A stretch of 24,000 bases of DNA from Patescibacteria group bacterium (GTDB taxonomy: Bacteria; Patescibacteriota; Minisyncoccia; Portnoybacterales; GWB1-42-6), in assembly GCA_018818145.1 (NCBI GenBank), contig JAHIST010000036.1, positions 6,103-30,102 on the forward strand, given 5' to 3'. The position numbers and the translations under genes are program-made. Below, piece by piece: positions 20,823 to 24,000 of this stretch (position 1 is the stretch's first letter; the number at the start of each line of letters is the position of its first letter). The notes under the pieces are model-generated. The model did not search any database, had not been told where the DNA came from, and saw only the letters and a program-made list of their open reading frames with translations.

Positions 20823-20880
20823 TTGTCATTCCGCACTTGATGCGGAATCCACTGGATTCCTGCTTTCGCAGGAATGACAA
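20823..20880. repeat. Y-shaped palindromic repeat, copy 2
   Basis: TTGTCATT-CCGCACTTGATGCGG-AATCC-ACT-GGATT-CCTGCTTTCGCAGG-AATGACAA. The architecture matches 19893..19959. Track ORF 20680..20880 is an artefact of this repeat. Confidence 0.65.
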
Positions 20881-20906
20881 ATTGGACGTTTTACTTTTTT
20901 AAAAAT

Positions 20907-21785
20907 TTAAATTTTATTATCGCTTCCAAATAATTTAATTTTCTCCTTCACCACTTTTTTCACCGCATCAAAAGAAAGTGCTAAAATTTTATACGGCGTG
21001 GTTTCTTGGGGTTTTTCTTTTAGTTCTTCTTCCAATCCCTCTTTATAAGCAACGCGCAGTTCGGTATTAACATTTATTTTGACTATACCCAGCTCAATCG
21101 CTTTTTTTATATCTTCTTCTGGAATTCCCGAACCGCCGTGCAGCACCAAAAAAACTTTTTCGCCCAGAGTTTCTTTAATTTCCGCTAATCTTCCCAAATC
21201 TAATCTTTCCTCGCCCTTGGCAAAAACGCCGTGCGCGTTGCCAATAACAATAGCTAAAGAATCCACACCCGTACGTTCTACAAAATCTTTGGCTTGTCCT
21301 GGACTTGTTAAATCTTCCTGTTTAATTTTCAGCGCTTCCTGGTGCACCGATGAAGAGCCGCGTAAATAACCCAGCTCTCCTTCAATTATAATCTCCTGAC
21401 TATAATCTTTTTCAATTCTTCTAACATAATCAACCATTGCTTTTGTCTGTAAAATATTTTCTTCATAATCTAAGCTTGTACCATCAAAATGCACAGCGTT
21501 ATAGCCAGCCTCTACCGCCTTTTTAATACTCTCCAGCGACTTGCCGTGGTCCAGATTCAAAATTATCGGCAATTTTGTGCCATGCCGCCAAGCACCAACC
21601 AGCGCCGCGGCTTCGGGCATACCGAAAAACTCTCCCTCGTTTTCCGAAGTTGCAACAATAATCGGCGAATTCAATTCTTTGGCCGCCGCTACAATGGCTT
21701 TTAATACTTCGGCAGTCGAAAAATTAAACGCACCGATAGCATATTTGCCAGATTGGGCTGATTTTAAAAATGTTTTTGGATTCAA
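20907..21785 (-). CDS. fba: class II fructose-bisphosphate aldolase family protein
   Basis: YAIGAFNF, LNLDHGKS, HFDGTS and LVLHGGSGIP are class II aldolase signatures. The apparent start is a TTG at 21785, with no in-frame ATG nearby. Confidence 0.88.
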   Translation of the reverse strand: MNPKTFLKSAQSGKYAIGAFNFSTAEVLKAIVAAAKELNSPIIVATSENEGEFFGMPEAAALVGAWRHGTKLPIILNLDHGKSLESIKKAVEAGYNAVHFDGTSLDYEENILQTKAMVDYVRRIEKDYSQEIIIEGELGYLRGSSSVHQEALKIKQEDLTSPGQAKDFVERTGVDSLAIVIGNAHGVFAKGEERLDLGRLAEIKETLGEKVFLVLHGGSGIPEEDIKKAIELGIVKINVNTELRVAYKEGLEEELKEKPQETTPYKILALSFDAVKKVVKEKIKLFGSDNKI

Positions 21786-21816
21786 TTGAAAAATTGTTAA
21801 TTGTTAATTGAAAAAT

Positions 21817-23073
21817 TTATAGTTCTATGAACCCTTTCTTAATATTTTCCACAATCAATTCCTCCAGCTTATCCTCCCCCATAAATTCAATAAAAATTTT
21901 ATTCCAGAGCGCTTCTTGTTGATGATAAAGATATTTGCCCAATCCCCCGTGCGTTAGCGAAATTACATTATCCAATAGGTCAAAACTGACGATTTCCTCT
22001 CCTTTTTTGCCGGCCGGAAAAATTTCGCCGGCAAAATCGTCTATGCCGCGCCAAAAATCCATTTTAATTTGCGGATATTTTTGCGCCAGTACGTCCATTT
22101 CCTTTTCCGCTTTCAGCCAATGGATGGTTTCAGGATTAACATGCGGTTCAAATAATCTCGGGTCTTGCGGGTCAATTTTAGCCAGATAGCGCTGGATAAT
22201 GCGCCAATATAATTTGTCTTTTGGCAGGACGGCCGACCCGACCGCGCCAGAAAGAAGGCTCACTAAATTTGAGCCAAAATTTGGCAAGCCAGAATATTTT
22301 CTGAAAAGTTCTGAATAAAAATCTATCTCGTGCAAGTAGTGCAAAATCAGGCTAAAAGTTTCCAGAGACTGCCCGGCAAAATTCTCCTTTTTGACCGGAA
22401 TAACAAACACCAAACCAACTTCTTTCAAATGACTGATATTGTGCAGTTTTTTGCCTACAAACTTTTCGGCGATTGCCAGCCACTTTTCACCCAGAACCCG
22501 CACGCGAATTTCCCTTTCTTCAAAATGCTCGGCAATCAGATCGTTATAGGGCCGGAAAAAAACTTCGTTTAGCCAGCGTTCGTTTTCCACAAAGCGCAAA
22601 GCGGCAAAAATTTCATAAAGATCTTCTTTTTCCAGAAGCTCTTCTGCGGTTTTATAGCCCAAAACTTCCAAAATATTTTTAGGCGGATTAAGAATTAGAA
22701 AGGTCTTCAATTTCTCTTCTTTTAAAAAATAGCCGGGTTTCAAATCGGCCGTGTTTTTTATTATATCAATCATTTTGCTGCAGCCAGTCTGTTGACTAAA
22801 ATCTGGTTTTCCCAAAAATTCATAAAAAACTTCGTCGGCTTCTTTGGTTTTTTTGAGTAATTCTGCCTCTACCAATTGGGCATCGGCTTTTTCTTCAACA
22901 ATCCTCATCTCCTTTAGCTTGCGGCTAACTATTTTTTTGTTTTCCTCAAAAATTTTTCCGGCCACATTTTTTTTGCCCGTGATTTTTTCCATATTGACGA
23001 ATAAATCTGCCAGCACCGCTTCGGGCGTTCTTAATAACTTGGCTATTTTTTGAATTGATTGTATCTCTGGCAT
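21817..23073 (-). CDS. conserved-looking hypothetical protein, 418 aa, no family recognised
   Basis: Long ORF with an ATG start and composition like the neighbouring core genes. It has several His-containing motifs (HNISHLKE, LHYLHEIDFY, HVNPETIHW, LTHGG). It lies between fba and the pfkB kinase. Confidence 0.65.
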   Translation of the reverse strand: MPEIQSIQKIAKLLRTPEAVLADLFVNMEKITGKKNVAGKIFEENKKIVSRKLKEMRIVEEKADAQLVEAELLKKTKEADEVFYEFLGKPDFSQQTGCSKMIDIIKNTADLKPGYFLKEEKLKTFLILNPPKNILEVLGYKTAEELLEKEDLYEIFAALRFVENERWLNEVFFRPYNDLIAEHFEEREIRVRVLGEKWLAIAEKFVGKKLHNISHLKEVGLVFVIPVKKENFAGQSLETFSLILHYLHEIDFYSELFRKYSGLPNFGSNLVSLLSGAVGSAVLPKDKLYWRIIQRYLAKIDPQDPRLFEPHVNPETIHWLKAEKEMDVLAQKYPQIKMDFWRGIDDFAGEIFPAGKKGEEIVSFDLLDNVISLTHGGLGKYLYHQQEALWNKIFIEFMGEDKLEELIVENIKKGFIEL

Positions 23074-23130
23074 AAATTAAAAATTATTAATTATTTATCT
23101 TAAATTATAAAATACATTTTTTCCGCGTTA

Positions 23131-23197
23131 TTCTGCGTTTTGTTCTGCGATAAAGTCTCCGCAGAACAACGCTGACTTATACGCTGAACTGCGCTGA
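23131..23197. repeat. short GC-rich repeat cluster (TTCTGCG x2, CGCTGA x3, inverted GTTCTGCG/CGCAGAAC)
   Basis: It lies in the spacer between the pfkB stop and the start of the 418-aa gene. The inverted 8-mers are at 23142-23149 and 23160-23167. Confidence 0.45.
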
Positions 23198-23224
23198 ATT
23201 TATTAATTTTGTAATTAAAAGTAT

Positions 23225-24000
23225 TTAAGTAATTGTCACCTCAGCTTTTTCCCACGATCCCCATTCTCCTTTTGGCAAAAGGCCGCTTTTGGCGCCAATC
23301 TGCTGGATGGTTGAGGTGGCGTTGACCGTACCAAACTGAATAGCCTGCTCAACCGTGCCCCCATAGATTATCACCGAAACGAAACCAGAACCGAAAGCAT
23401 CGCCTGCGCCGGTGCGGTCAATATAATCGGACTTAGGAATGCCCGCGCGGTAAATTTTTTGTCCGTCAGAAACCGCCACGCCGCCTGCTCCCTTACTCAT
23501 TACCGCGATGCCGGAGACTAACTCGTCAAATTTTTTAAACAGCTCCGGCTCATCTTTATAATCAATTCCGGTAATTAAACTGGCTTCTTCTTGATTAACA
23601 ATCAAAATATCAATTTTACCCAGCAGGCCCAGCAAGATATCCAGATCTTTTCCCAGCTGGTCGCGGCCGGGATTAACCGCCAGCTTTATACCGTTTTCCG
23701 CCGCAAACTCAACAATCGGCTTGAAGGTTTTTGCCGACTTGCCCGCCAGGCCGGAAAGATAAAACCATTTGGTTTTTTTAATTTTTTCCCAAGGAATATC
23801 TTGTAAATTCAAAAAATGCGAAGCGCCCTCGTATACCAAAATACTGCGCTCCCCGCCCGCATCGCCTTGTGAAGCATGGCGGACAGGCCCACCCGGCGCC
23901 GATAAAATTATAGAATACGGGGTTTGAGCCCTGTTTGTCACTTTTACAAAAGCGGTGCCAACACCCAGCTCTTGCAGTTCCCTGATGATTTCGCGGCCGC
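23225..24000 (-). CDS. pfkB-family carbohydrate kinase (ribokinase-like), 5' end beyond window
   Basis: DRTGAGDAFGSGF is the pfkB signature 2 context. The frame stays open upstream of the track's GTG at 23941 through to position 24000 (..GREIIRELQELGVGTAFVKV..). Confidence 0.85.
   Translation of the reverse strand, partial: GREIIRELQELGVGTAFVKVTNRAQTPYSIILSAPGGPVRHASQGDAGGERSILVYEGASHFLNLQDIPWEKIKKTKWFYLSGLAGKSAKTFKPIVEFAAENGIKLAVNPGRDQLGKDLDILLGLLGKIDILIVNQEEASLITGIDYKDEPELFKKFDELVSGIAVMSKGAGGVAVSDGQKIYRAGIPKSDYIDRTGAGDAFGSGFVSVIIYGGTVEQAIQFGTVNATSTIQQIGAKSGLLPKGEWGSWEKAEVTIT

Noticed and set aside
20680-20880. ORF MSFLRKQESSGFRIKCGMTK...
   Set aside because: Its start is the translation of the Y-shaped palindromic repeat, and it overlaps the real 274-aa gene start region.

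Overview
This window looks like a small-genome, Patescibacteria/CPR-like bacterial segment; that taxonomic call is inference only. Almost every gene is on the minus strand.

Core genes: rpmG, tyrS, uppS, acyP, tsf, rpsB, rpmE, prfA, rplY, ndk, fba, a ferredoxin, a 2-hydroxyacid dehydrogenase, a pfkB-family kinase and a lytic transglycosylase. Two CDSs run off the window edges and are incomplete or absent in the ORF track: a >808-aa DHH/DHHA2 protein (1..2425, absent) and the pfkB kinase (23225..24000, listed only from an internal GTG). rpmG (52 aa) also falls below the track's length cutoff.

The most unusual content is in the tRNA genes:
- tRNA-Thr(GGU) is interrupted after anticodon position 36 by a 180-nt group-I-like intron. 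A LAGLIDADG-type endonuclease ORF abuts it and ends on the UAG formed by tRNA positions 8-10.
- tRNA-Tyr has archaeal-style identity features (C1-G72, A73, short variable arm), matching the archaeal-type TyrRS 2 kb away. A promoter-proximal partial copy of its 5' half sits upstream.
- The tRNA-Thr(UGU) locus is nested: an intact tRNA sits inside the D-loop of a second, otherwise perfectly paired tRNA-Thr(UGU), and each layer is bracketed by GC-rich complementary arms.

Other notable features:
- several families of GC-rich palindromic intergenic repeats
- visibly AT-rich accessory patches next to tRNA-Trp, at the endonuclease gene, and at 19973..20797
- a gene broken by three homopolymer frameshifts, one at a canonical U_UUU_UUA heptamer
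- an RF1 lacking its N-terminal domain
- two candidate structured RNAs

UGA is used as a stop codon, so the standard bacterial code applies. No CRISPR array, rRNA or recognisable transposase was seen.
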